A DNA stretch of 64,000 bases from Pseudomonadota bacterium (GTDB lineage: Bacteria > Desulfobacterota > Desulfovibrionia > Desulfovibrionales > Desulfovibrionaceae). The stretch lies in assembly GCA_023403845.1 (NCBI GenBank), contig JAEYDL010000016.1, positions 5,315-69,314 of the forward strand. Direction: 5' to 3'. Shown here in pieces: positions 10,634 to 19,220 of the stretch. Both the position numbers and the translations under genes were made by a program. How positions within the stretch are numbered: position 1 is the first letter of the stretch; each line of letters starts with the position of its first letter. Below the pieces are notes generated by a model that saw only the letters and a program-made list of their open reading frames with translations, ran no database searches and was not told the DNA's origin.

Positions 10634-11489
10634 TCTCTCTCCTCTCTATACGCTTGTAGCCATGCTGCCTTTCGAATGCCTGCAGGCCCGCTTCATGCAG
10701 CAGGCCATGCTGGGACTTGTTCTCCTTGCGCCCATGGCGGCGGTCATGGGTGTACAGGTCGTCAACTTCCGCATGGCCTTCTTCTCCGATGCAATCAGTC
10801 ACTCCGCCTTTGCCGGAGTCGCCCTCGGTCTTATCTTTTCAGTGGACCCTGCTCTTTCCATGCCCCTCTTCGGCGTTCTTGTGGGACTTTCCATCATGGG
10901 AGCGCTCAGGCACAGCGCCCTGTCCTCGGATACAGTAATCGGCGTTTTCTTTTCAGCCGTCATGGCCTTCGGCCTCGCCGTGGTCAGCCGCCATACGGCC
11001 GTGGCACGCGACCTGCAACAGTTTCTCTATGGAGACATTTTGACCATCGGGGAAAATGAACTCCGCTGGCTCATCATGTTATTCACGGCCCTGGCCCTCT
11101 TTCAGCTCTGGGGGTTCAACCGCCTGCTCTATGTAAGTCTTAATCCCGTGCTGGCCCGCGCCCATCGCATTCGTGTGGCTCTGCACCAGTATCTCTTTGC
11201 CGGACTGCTGGCGCTGGTCGTCATGTTTTCGGTCCGCGCCGTTGGCGTGCTTCTGGTCACTGCCATGCTCATCGTTCCGGCGGCCACAGCCCGTAATCTC
11301 GCCCGGTCGGCAGGCGGCATGTTCTGGTGGTCCATGCTTGTCGGAGCCTCTTCCGCCGTGGCCGGACTGATCCTTTCAGCTCAGGACTGGATGAGCACGG
11401 CCAGTGGAGCCACAATCATCCTCGTCAGTTGCGGATGGTTCCTCGTCAGTGCTGGATTCGCCTGGCTGCGCGGCGAGCGGACGCGCTGA
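10626..11489 (+). CDS. znuB: Zinc ABC transporter permease (ABC-3 family)
   Basis: ORF 10614-11489, a polytopic membrane protein. The ATG at 10626 overlaps the znuC stop (ATGCCTGA) and has GGAG upstream. Confidence 0.85.
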   Translation: MPDLSPLYTLVAMLPFECLQARFMQQAMLGLVLLAPMAAVMGVQVVNFRMAFFSDAISHSAFAGVALGLIFSVDPALSMPLFGVLVGLSIMGALRHSALSSDTVIGVFFSAVMAFGLAVVSRHTAVARDLQQFLYGDILTIGENELRWLIMLFTALALFQLWGFNRLLYVSLNPVLARAHRIRVALHQYLFAGLLALVVMFSVRAVGVLLVTAMLIVPAATARNLARSAGGMFWWSMLVGASSAVAGLILSAQDWMSTASGATIILVSCGWFLVSAGFAWLRGERTR

Positions 11490-11995
11490 CGGATCATTCA
11501 GCCCTGTCTCTCTCGCATATTCTGCAGTCGCGCGGGCGGGTCGCCATAACCAAGGGGATCCGCTTGTCCCTCCAAGCGCCATTCCTGTATCCGGGACATG
11601 GACGCAATGTCTTCAAGAGGCTGACGCCGCCGGATAAAAAACGATGTTTCCGTATCGGCGATTGAAGCCCGGAAAAACGACATTACCAAAACATTCCGCG
11701 CAAAAAGTTACGCCTCGTCAGCCATGACAGAGATGAGCGAATTCAGGGAGCGCTTTTTCTTCACTATCTTGTGATGAGACCCCGATGCCACGGGAGTCGT
11801 GCCTTCTGCCGGAAGAGCATGTCGCGCGTGCGGCTCCTGAAAACTTATCCGCCATTACCCCTGGGCTGTCCAGGAACTCCCGCTTCTTGACCCCGTTTAT
11901 CCCGCCACGGTGGACAGTGGCCGGCTCAAGACGTTATAAGCGAAAGACCGAAACGCCGTTCCAATTTCCTTACAACCCGATCCCGGAGGTCAAGC

Positions 11996-12790
11996 ATGGC
12001 AGTCAACCGCATTCGTCTGTTTTACTTCAGCCCTACGGGAGCGACCCGTTCCGTTCTTGAATCCGTTGCTGCCGGCATAGGCTGCGCACAAATCATTACT
12101 CAAGCCTGCGACTGGATCTCTCCGGAGTCACGGGAAACGATAATCGAATGTTCCTCCGATGATCTTGTCCTCGTAGGCATGCCTGTATACTACGGACGTA
12201 TCCCTTCTCTCTTCCACGCAGGGCTCCCCATACATGGCAATGGAGCACTCTTCGTGCCGATAGTCGTCTATGGCAATCGCCACTATGACGATGCTCTTCT
12301 TGAACTGAAAATACTGGGCGAAAACGCGGGCTGCACCTGTCTGGGGGCCGGAGCCTTCATCGCCCGGCACAGTCTGAATCCCACTATTGGATCAGGCCGA
12401 CCGGATGCCGAAGATCGCGCGGTTATGCACCGTTTCGGCAAGGCGCTGGCAAATAAACTTGAAACGTTTTCTCCGACCTCCTCATCAAGTGTCCCCGGCA
12501 AGTTTCCCTACGCACCTTATGGGAAAACACCCTTCACTCCAGCGTTGCTGAATCGGAGTGCCTGCATCGCGTGCGGCGCATGCGTCGAGGCATGTCCCGT
12601 GCGTCTTATAGATCCAGAGACATTCGAGCCTGCCAGCCCTGAAAAGTGCATTTTCTGTTACGGCTGCGTACGCAACTGTCCTGTTGGAGTGAGAGGCCCA
12701 ATTCCAGCCGTCGCAGAAATCTTTTCCCAGCGCATGAGCGGACTGGCCGCCAGCTGTACTGAACGCAGGTCTCCTGAAACCTTTGTCTAG
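11996..12790 (+). CDS. Flavodoxin-like domain fused to a 2x[4Fe-4S] ferredoxin domain
   Basis: 264 aa. N-terminus RIRLFYFSPTGATR is flavodoxin-like. Two CxxCxxCxxxCP motifs: CIACGACVEACP and CIFCYGCVRNCP. Confidence 0.75.
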   Translation: MAVNRIRLFYFSPTGATRSVLESVAAGIGCAQIITQACDWISPESRETIIECSSDDLVLVGMPVYYGRIPSLFHAGLPIHGNGALFVPIVVYGNRHYDDALLELKILGENAGCTCLGAGAFIARHSLNPTIGSGRPDAEDRAVMHRFGKALANKLETFSPTSSSSVPGKFPYAPYGKTPFTPALLNRSACIACGACVEACPVRLIDPETFEPASPEKCIFCYGCVRNCPVGVRGPIPAVAEIFSQRMSGLAASCTERRSPETFV

Positions 12791-12933
12791 CCCCTGTTCC
12801 AATATATTGGGCATCCCCCTGATTAGATGCTGCATCATGCTCTAGACACACTGCAGCATGTTAGATACGGTGCATCAGGTGCACAACAACCCCACGGCAG
12901 CCCTGCCTGTTTCACCATTTTTTGGAGTAGATT

Positions 12934-13452
12934 ATGCTCGTCTCTCTATCACCTGAAGAAGTCCGGCAGCGTCTGGAAACGGGAGACATACGGCTTATTG
13001 ATATTCGGGAGCCCGAAGAATACGCCGAGGTTTCCATCCCTGGAGCTCGCCTGATTCCCCTTTCCATCATCAAAAAACATCCATTAACGGAACCTGACTC
13101 AGTTTCGAAGCCTATCGTCTTCACCTGCCGCTCCGGAAATCGCACGAGAGAGGCAGCCCCTCTGCTCGAATCTCTGGTCAACGGAGAGGCCTATGTTCTT
13201 GACGGCGGAACATCCGGTTGGGAACAGGCCGGACTTCCTGTAGAACGAACACCTGTACCTCTGCCCATGTTCCGTCAAATTCAGATCGGGGCCGGGATAC
13301 TTGTGCTTGTCGGCGTGATCGGCAGCGCATTCTGGCATCCCCTGTACTGGTTAAGCGCCTTCGTGGGCGCAGGCCTTGTCTTTGCAGGAGTTACCGGTTT
13401 CTGCGGCCTGGGCGTGCTGCTGTCCAAAATGCCGTGGAACAAACGCAGCTGA
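12934..13452 (+). CDS. Membrane-anchored rhodanese (YgaP-like: rhodanese domain plus a C-terminal two-TM DUF2892-like domain)
   Basis: 172 aa. Active-site loop CRSGNRT and a hydrophobic C-terminus (IQIGAGILVLVGVIG...GLVFAGVTGFCGLGVLL). Confidence 0.8.
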   Translation: MLVSLSPEEVRQRLETGDIRLIDIREPEEYAEVSIPGARLIPLSIIKKHPLTEPDSVSKPIVFTCRSGNRTREAAPLLESLVNGEAYVLDGGTSGWEQAGLPVERTPVPLPMFRQIQIGAGILVLVGVIGSAFWHPLYWLSAFVGAGLVFAGVTGFCGLGVLLSKMPWNKRS

Positions 13453-13537
13453 CTCTGCGGGCAGACGCATTAGCGAAAAGACAGGCTCTCTTCAGCAAAT
13501 GAATACCGCAATCCGGTCCATATCCAAGGAACGCTCT

Positions 13538-13741
13538 ATGGATGTTTCACAAGTAAGTCTTCTGGCCGCAGCCATGACCGTCAATGCCAAATACGCCGCG
13601 TACGCCTTTTATCAGCAGAGGGAGGGACGCCCTCTTACGTCTGAGGAGATGGAAGAAATCGCTACCGGCATCATCAATGAAATCGGCACCACAACCAAAC
13701 AATTCGTTACCGCGCTCAGCGGCGGGGCCGATGTGGACTAA
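13538..13741 (+). CDS. Small hypothetical protein (67 aa; an alternative start at 13499 gives 80 aa)
   Basis: This is the inner part of ORF 13376-13741, which otherwise overlaps the rhodanese gene. AAGGA lies 7 nt before the ATG at 13538. No family recognised. Confidence 0.35.
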   Translation: MDVSQVSLLAAAMTVNAKYAAYAFYQQREGRPLTSEEMEEIATGIINEIGTTTKQFVTALSGGADVD

Positions 13742-13773
13742 AGACACGGTTCAGTACCCTCCAAGAGTGGACA

Positions 13774-13811
13774 GCCGGCAGGCGGACGATCGTGATCGTC
13801 CATCTGCCGGC
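13774..13811. terminator. Long imperfect palindrome between convergent genes (possible bidirectional terminator)
   Basis: GCCGGCAGGCGGACGATC-GT-GATCGTCCATCTGCCGGC gives 16 of 18 arm positions paired. There is no U-tract. Confidence 0.45.
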
Positions 13812-13872
13812 CGTCTGGCACGTCATAAAGACCATGCATCTGAAACCCAGCACTAAAATTGCCGGGATGAAA

Positions 13873-15108
13873 CTAGCGATACATGGGAAGCACGTTCAGA
13901 ACAAAAAGCACATGACATACGGCGGTTACGATGCCATAGGACAACAGAAGCGGAACGGTGAGCACACCGCCGGGAGCTTGATACGTCGAAAAGCCGAACT
14001 TGCGACGGCTGGCCCGCAACATCAGGGCAGGAACAATAACAGACCAGATCGTGGCCGCAAGTCCGGCCCAGCCAATGGCGGGAAGAAACCCCTCAGGCCA
14101 GAGCAACCCTCCGAGAAGAGGCGGAAGGAAGGTCACCAAAGCCGTTTTGGTTCTCCCCAGCCTGGAATCATCGAAACCGCACAGGTCGGCCATGTAATCA
14201 AATAGCCCCAGCCCAGCCCCAAGAAAGGACGTCGCCACAGCGAGACAGGTGAAGGCTTCCAGCACATGAATGATGAAATCGCTGTTAATGCCCGCTCCCG
14301 CGGCGCGCACGAGATCTCCCACATTGCCACCAGCCGCAATGACACCCTTGAACGCTTCCCGTGAAATAATTCCGTCGGCTGAAACAATCCAGATGACATA
14401 GCAGGCCAGAGCGATAATCGTCCCATTCCGTAAACATTTATTAATGATTACCGGCTCCCGGCCAAAATACTTGACCAGACTGGGAACCGAGGCATGAAAG
14501 CAAAATGAGGTCAGATAGGTGGACATCGCCCCCCAGATAAAAAGAACCGACCCTCCGGTTCCATCCGCATCAACAAGCACCGAAGTGCGAATATGGGAAA
14601 GCATGCCCGAAATCGAAAGCACAAAGGTCAGTACCATCCCGCCCATAAGGGCCACGGAAAAACGATCCACGGATCGGGCGCTCCACCAGACGCAGGCGGT
14701 GAGGAACAATGCGAAAAGAAGTCCCGTAAAGGCGGCGTTTGGTCTGTACCCCAGAGAAGACGACAAGGCCTGCTGAACCACCGATCCTCCACCGCTGACA
14801 TATGCGTAAACAAGCACATACAGGACGAAAGCTACTGAGAACCCATTGACGGCATTCCAGACAGGTCCAAGGGTGTCGCTCACCAGCGTATGAAAACTGC
14901 TGCCGGGAGCGTAATGCAGATTGACTTCCAGAATGGCCTGACTGGACCACAGCATGAGCAGCCAGGTGGCCGCGAGCAAAAACAGGGACCAATACAGCCA
15001 CATTCCTGCGGAAATCATAGGGAGAGCCAGCATTCCCGCACCGATGGCCGTCCCCGCAATGATCATGGACCCGCCGAGCACGCTGCGCCGGGTAATTATC
15101 CCTTCCAT
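13873..15108 (-). CDS. Aromatic amino acid permease (HAAAP family, TyrP/Mtr/TnaB-like)
   Basis: 411 aa. N-terminus GGSMIIAGTAIGAGMLALPMISAGMW is typical of this family, and the protein is polytopic. Confidence 0.85.
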   Translation of the reverse strand: MEGIITRRSVLGGSMIIAGTAIGAGMLALPMISAGMWLYWSLFLLAATWLLMLWSSQAILEVNLHYAPGSSFHTLVSDTLGPVWNAVNGFSVAFVLYVLVYAYVSGGGSVVQQALSSSLGYRPNAAFTGLLFALFLTACVWWSARSVDRFSVALMGGMVLTFVLSISGMLSHIRTSVLVDADGTGGSVLFIWGAMSTYLTSFCFHASVPSLVKYFGREPVIINKCLRNGTIIALACYVIWIVSADGIISREAFKGVIAAGGNVGDLVRAAGAGINSDFIIHVLEAFTCLAVATSFLGAGLGLFDYMADLCGFDDSRLGRTKTALVTFLPPLLGGLLWPEGFLPAIGWAGLAATIWSVIVPALMLRASRRKFGFSTYQAPGGVLTVPLLLSYGIVTAVCHVLFVLNVLPMYR

Positions 15109-15635
15109 AAATTCCTCCCTTTCCCGCGCCGTAACGCGAAACGTTAGTCCGTCGGTAATACCCGTTTTGTCCTCCTTTGGGAACGCCGCAGTCTCTCATC
15201 TCGCAACATACGGAACATTTTACCTTTCCCTGTTTTATCCTACCTTTTATTAAACACTTTCCGCATATCCTTAAAAAATTCCGTGCACTACAGACGGGCA
15301 GCGGTTCCAGATCGGCAGGAAGAATAAAACCATATAGTTTATGATACAGAACTTGAGACGTCCATATTCTCGCATTCGTCCCAACCATACGGCAGATTCG
15401 CCATGTTTTTGAAAACCGGCGCTTTTCTGAGTCCGCTCTGTTCATGCAAAAGGATCGTCTGTCTTCAAAACAGGTTGTCCAGCCTCATGTTATGGGCTAT
15501 ACTTTATTTCCATGTTACGCAGTCATTATAGAATTTCATTGTTCGCCATAAAATGAACGATTTCGCAACATACGGGAGAAAACGATGTACTGCATCCTGA
15601 ATGCCGGATCAGTCGGCCCGCTGGGCGAACGAGGA

Positions 15636-16547
15636 ATGAAGCTCACCAGCGAAATCATACACCATCACTACCGGCGCGAATCAGACTTCGTCTGGGAACA
15701 GATGGCGGACGACGTCATGTGGATAGGTCCACTGCGCATGCAGTTCACCAACGGCCTGAGCAAACTTGTCGAGCTGCTGCAGGGGGAACAGGAAGTTACA
15801 TGCAGCATGGAAAAAGAAGCCTATCAGGTCGTTCATGAAGATAATGAATCATGCCTCATCGTCGGCAGCTACTTCATCACGACCGATGCGGAAACGGGAC
15901 TGTTCATTCGTTGTCTCCAGCGTGTCACATTTTACTATCGTTTGTTCGACACTCGACTCAAGGTCGTCCACATGCACCTTTCCCAACCTTATGAAGTGCT
16001 CGAACAGGGGGAAGTTTTTCCGTTCCGTTTCGGTAAGGAAGCCTATGACTATATGACGCAAACCCATCAGATGGCCTTTGTGGACAGCCTGACGGGGCTT
16101 GGCAACCGTAATGCCTATGAAACCAGCCTGATGAACGCCGACGCCAATCTCGGCGGCATGAGTTCGCTCTGTTTCATTCTTTTCGATCTCAATGGACTCA
16201 AGGAAGTGAACGACAACCTCGGTCATCTTGCAGGAGATGGCCTTCTCAGGGAATTCGCCGCGCTTCTGCGCAAGGCCATGCCGAAAACGGCGGAACTCTA
16301 TCGCTATGGGGGAGACGAGTTTATCGCTTCACTGAAAAATACGTCCCGGGAAGATGTGGACTCCTCCCTGAAGAATCTTGAAAGACACTGCCGCAGACGT
16401 AACGAAGCGGCGCAGATTGCCCTCAGCTTTGCCCGAGGACTGGCTTTTCTCCAGCATGGCAGGGACAGAACAATAGCAGACGTCATCAGACGAGCCGATG
16501 CCATGCTGTATGCCCACAAGAAAGCCATGAAAGGCATATCGACATGA
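15636..16547 (+). CDS. Diguanylate cyclase (GGDEF) with an N-terminal sensory domain
   Basis: ORF 15585-16547, trimmed to the ATG at 15636 (GAGGA SD). GGDEF domain: DSLTGLGNRNAYE ... RYGGDEF. Confidence 0.85.
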   Translation: MKLTSEIIHHHYRRESDFVWEQMADDVMWIGPLRMQFTNGLSKLVELLQGEQEVTCSMEKEAYQVVHEDNESCLIVGSYFITTDAETGLFIRCLQRVTFYYRLFDTRLKVVHMHLSQPYEVLEQGEVFPFRFGKEAYDYMTQTHQMAFVDSLTGLGNRNAYETSLMNADANLGGMSSLCFILFDLNGLKEVNDNLGHLAGDGLLREFAALLRKAMPKTAELYRYGGDEFIASLKNTSREDVDSSLKNLERHCRRRNEAAQIALSFARGLAFLQHGRDRTIADVIRRADAMLYAHKKAMKGIST

Positions 16548-16888
16548 TCCCCATGTTTATGGCGTGACATTTTCCTGTTACGCCCACCAGAGATGCCACC
16601 CGCGAAAGGCAAAAGACTAACCATGCGTCATATTTTTCAATCAAAAAACTGAAACCCCAATATACTGCATCTTCTTGAAGACGCTTGAACAGAAGAACGA
16701 GTGCCTTAACGGTATGTTGCAAAAATGGCCGGGCACTCGATCAGGGGCTTCTCCTCCAGCTGTGCGCAGGTCTGAAGTCAATACTGCCGAGCAGGCAGTA
16801 TCCCTTTTCCCGGACAGTAATCCACCGCCGCCCAAAACCTTGCCCCATTTCATGCTCTTCGCTATTCTTTCCCTCACGGAGGAATTTA

Positions 16889-17080
16889 ATGGCCAAAAAA
16901 GATTTTCACTGTCCGCACGCCCGTTGGGTGGGCGATCTGGTTCTGTGCTCGCAATCGTGTGAAAAGACAGGAGCCAAAGAAGTCTGGCGCGCTCGGGATT
17001 CTCAAGAATACATCCACGAGCAATGGTGGTGTGAGCACAAGTGTCTGTGGTGGGCGAAAGAGCATCCGAATTACGACTGA
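16889..17080 (+). CDS. Small Cys/Trp-rich hypothetical protein (63 aa)
   Basis: Embedded in ORF 16685-17080. Strong SD GGAGGAATTTA before the ATG. Sequence: MAKKDFHCPHARWVGDLVLCSQSCEKTGAKEVWRARDSQEYIHEQWWCEHKCLWWAKEHPNYD. Confidence 0.45.
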   Translation: MAKKDFHCPHARWVGDLVLCSQSCEKTGAKEVWRARDSQEYIHEQWWCEHKCLWWAKEHPNYD

Positions 17081-17840
17081 GAACGATATGGGTAAAGGTT
17101 CCTTTCCCGGCGTGTCCCTGCCGGGCGAGCTTTCAGCCTGATTCATCGTGCCTTTCTCTCAATCGTGCTGTTCTTCCATGCCTGTGGGTGGTGGAAGCAT
17201 ACATGACATAGAACCTTTCCCCCTCAGAGCATTACGGTATCAGAATTCAGCTGCATCGGGAAAGGTCGTCCGTTGGGATTCACTGAACACATCTCACAGA
17301 GGAAGCTGAAAAACAAAAGATCTCTCTGAGTCATACTCATATTTGCTTTGCCAAAGTTGGACGCTCAGCCTCTGCAACCTGCAGCGAAGGAACTGTGGCA
17401 ACATACCGTAGCCCCTTAAGGAAAGGAAGGCGCAAGAATGCTTGAGGCGGGCTCATTGCCCTGACAGGTCCATATGCTGATCCAGATAACGTCCAGAATG
17501 GAGATACTGTTTTTATTGGCGGGCCGGAAAAACGCCTGATGCGTGTGAATGCTCTGCCGTCCGAAGTCCAGACAGCACGATCGAGAGTCAGGTATCGGGA
17601 TACGCCATGGACACGGCAGGCCAGATGCAGCATGCCCCGGTTCAATGAGGACACCACAAGGGAAAGCTGAATCTCCCATATCCGTCCCCGTGCACGGACT
17701 GCGAGTCATAAAATATGGATGGCAGGTTGTGCACAAGCCGCAGAACACGATCGGGGGAGAAGCCCATATAAGAACCCCACCACTTTGGACGGAGGATTCC
17801 TTTTCGCCTGCTGGAGTCGCAGCAAGCCAAACTCCCTAAT

Positions 17841-17871
17841 AAAAAAGCAGACCGGTATGCCCGTCCTGCTT
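17841..17871 (-). terminator. Rho-independent terminator of the lipoprotein gene
   Basis: Minus-strand AAGCAGGACGG-GCAUA-CCGGUCUGCUU followed by UUUU. Confidence 0.65.
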
Positions 17872-17895
17872 TCCGAAAAATAGTTGCCGATAAGG

Positions 17896-18210
17896 CTACT
17901 TGCAATAAAATGAAACCGTCGCGGAACCACCCCGCCACGTCGTTTGAGAAACAAGATCAACAATATCTGTTTGCTTACCCATTGCCTCGCAAATCTTCTG
18001 CGCCTGCGCGGAAACGAAAGCGCGGGCTCCCGTTGAGCCTCCCTCATACGTCGCAAGTTCAGCGGACAGGGTATGCATATCAGAATCGGCCTTCAGGGGT
18101 GCGTTCGTCGCGGCAGGTTCGTCCGAAGGCACCTCGGGCCGTGGGCTGTCGGTAGCCGCACAGCCGGGAACAAGCAGCAACCCCATGCACAGAAAAAACG
18201 CTTTCCACAT
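17896..18210 (-). CDS. Small lipoprotein, function unknown
   Basis: ORF 17896-18222, trimmed to the first ATG (18210). MWKAFFLCMGLLLVPGC carries a lipobox (L-V-P-G-C). Confidence 0.6.
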   Translation of the reverse strand: MWKAFFLCMGLLLVPGCAATDSPRPEVPSDEPAATNAPLKADSDMHTLSAELATYEGGSTGARAFVSAQAQKICEAMGKQTDIVDLVSQTTWRGGSATVSFYCK

Positions 18211-18342
18211 GATGTTATCCAAGTTTTAAAGTTGATATGCTGCGAAACGACGTTCTCTTCCTCGCATCCATGCAGAAGCATAATCGGCATCGGAAGTTCA
18301 AGCAATGAAAAAGTAGTATTCCCTCTGCTTGAAGACGAAAAT

Positions 18343-18368
18343 TCAAACGGACCCCGAAGGGTCCGTTT
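18343..18368 (-). terminator. Rho-independent terminator after the HesB-like selenoprotein gene
   Basis: Minus-strand AAACGGACCC-UUCG-GGGUCCGUUU (10-bp stem, UUCG loop) followed by the U-rich GAAUUUUCGUCUUC. Confidence 0.75.
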
Positions 18369-18384
18369 CATTCGTTAATCCATG

Positions 18385-18708
18385 TCAGATGCTGCAGCTG
18401 CCGGAGGAACAACCGCCGCATCCTCCCTCGCCCCCACCACCAAATGGGTTAGCAGATTCAATCACAAACCCCATGTAGGTGAGATCAATGGAAATATCTC
18501 CTGCCTGCGTTGCCAGATCCTTGGCAATGCAGAAGGTAAATCCATTCACATCAAGCGTATCATCTTCGGGAGTAGGCTCGTCCAGAGCCAGCGCAAGACG
18601 CGGCCCCTGTCAGCCTCCGGCGGCAAGATATACCCGAATGGGAGTCTTTTCCCGTTCCGCAAAAAACGATTCCAGCTCCTGCCGAGCTGTTTCACTCAAA
18701 GTAATCAT
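18385..18708 (-). CDS. HesB/IscA-like protein with an in-frame UGA (putative selenocysteine, codon 33); 107 codons
   Basis: Not in the ORF track because it is split by the TGA at 18610-18612. GGAGGAATTCT precedes the ATG at 18708. Translation: MITLSETARQELESFFAEREKTPIRVYLAAGG[U]QGPRLALALDEPTPEDDTLDVNGFTFCIAKDLATQAGDISIDLTYMGFVIESANPFGGGGEGGCGGCSSGSCSI, stop at 18385-18387. The paralog at 19221-19556 has Cys at the aligned position. Confidence 0.8.
18580..18609 (-). promoter_or_regulatory. Candidate SECIS-like hairpin 3' of the UGA
   Basis: mRNA UGA-CAG-GGGGCCGCG-UCUUG-CGC(U)GGCUCU gives a 9-bp stem (2 G-U pairs, one bulged U) and a 5-nt loop, starting 4 nt after the UGA. Folded by hand only. 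Confidence 0.4.
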
Positions 18709-19185
18709 AGAATTCCTCCGGTATGGTTTTACGCAGCCTGCAGCTTTGAAGAGCAGGACTGTGAAGGGAGAGGTCCAAATACATGCTCATCCGGCTGTCC
18801 CAAGCGACTTGATCCGAACGGGCCTCCTTGAAAAGGAGCGTCCGCATTGGAACTCCGCCGCGGCTCCGGTACAGAGCAAGTATTCAGTTCTTGTTCTCAA
18901 TTAAGCGCTCTTGAAAGCAAAGACAAGGGGAAAAGAAATAAAAGCTCTCTTTAGGAAAATATACACAAGTCTTATAGTTTGAAAATCTATATACAATTTT
19001 TTATTAAAAATATTTATAATATATTTTTTAATGTATTACGCAAACAATACCAAGATGCAGACCGCAGAGAGTCCTGCTCAGGCTCCTGTTTGTTCCCATC
19101 GTGATTTAAAAGATCGCAGCTGCCTTTGAAACTGTCGCCAGAATCGGAATACCTTTCTGGTTCTGTTGCCATATCCAGCGGAGCC

Positions 19186-19215
19186 GAAAAAAGGCGTCCG
19201 TCCCCGAACGCCCTT
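19186..19215 (-). terminator. Rho-independent terminator after the Cys-type HesB-like gene
   Basis: Minus-strand AAGGGCGU-UCGGGGACGG-ACGCCUU followed by UUUU. Confidence 0.6.
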
Positions 19216-19220
19216 CATTT

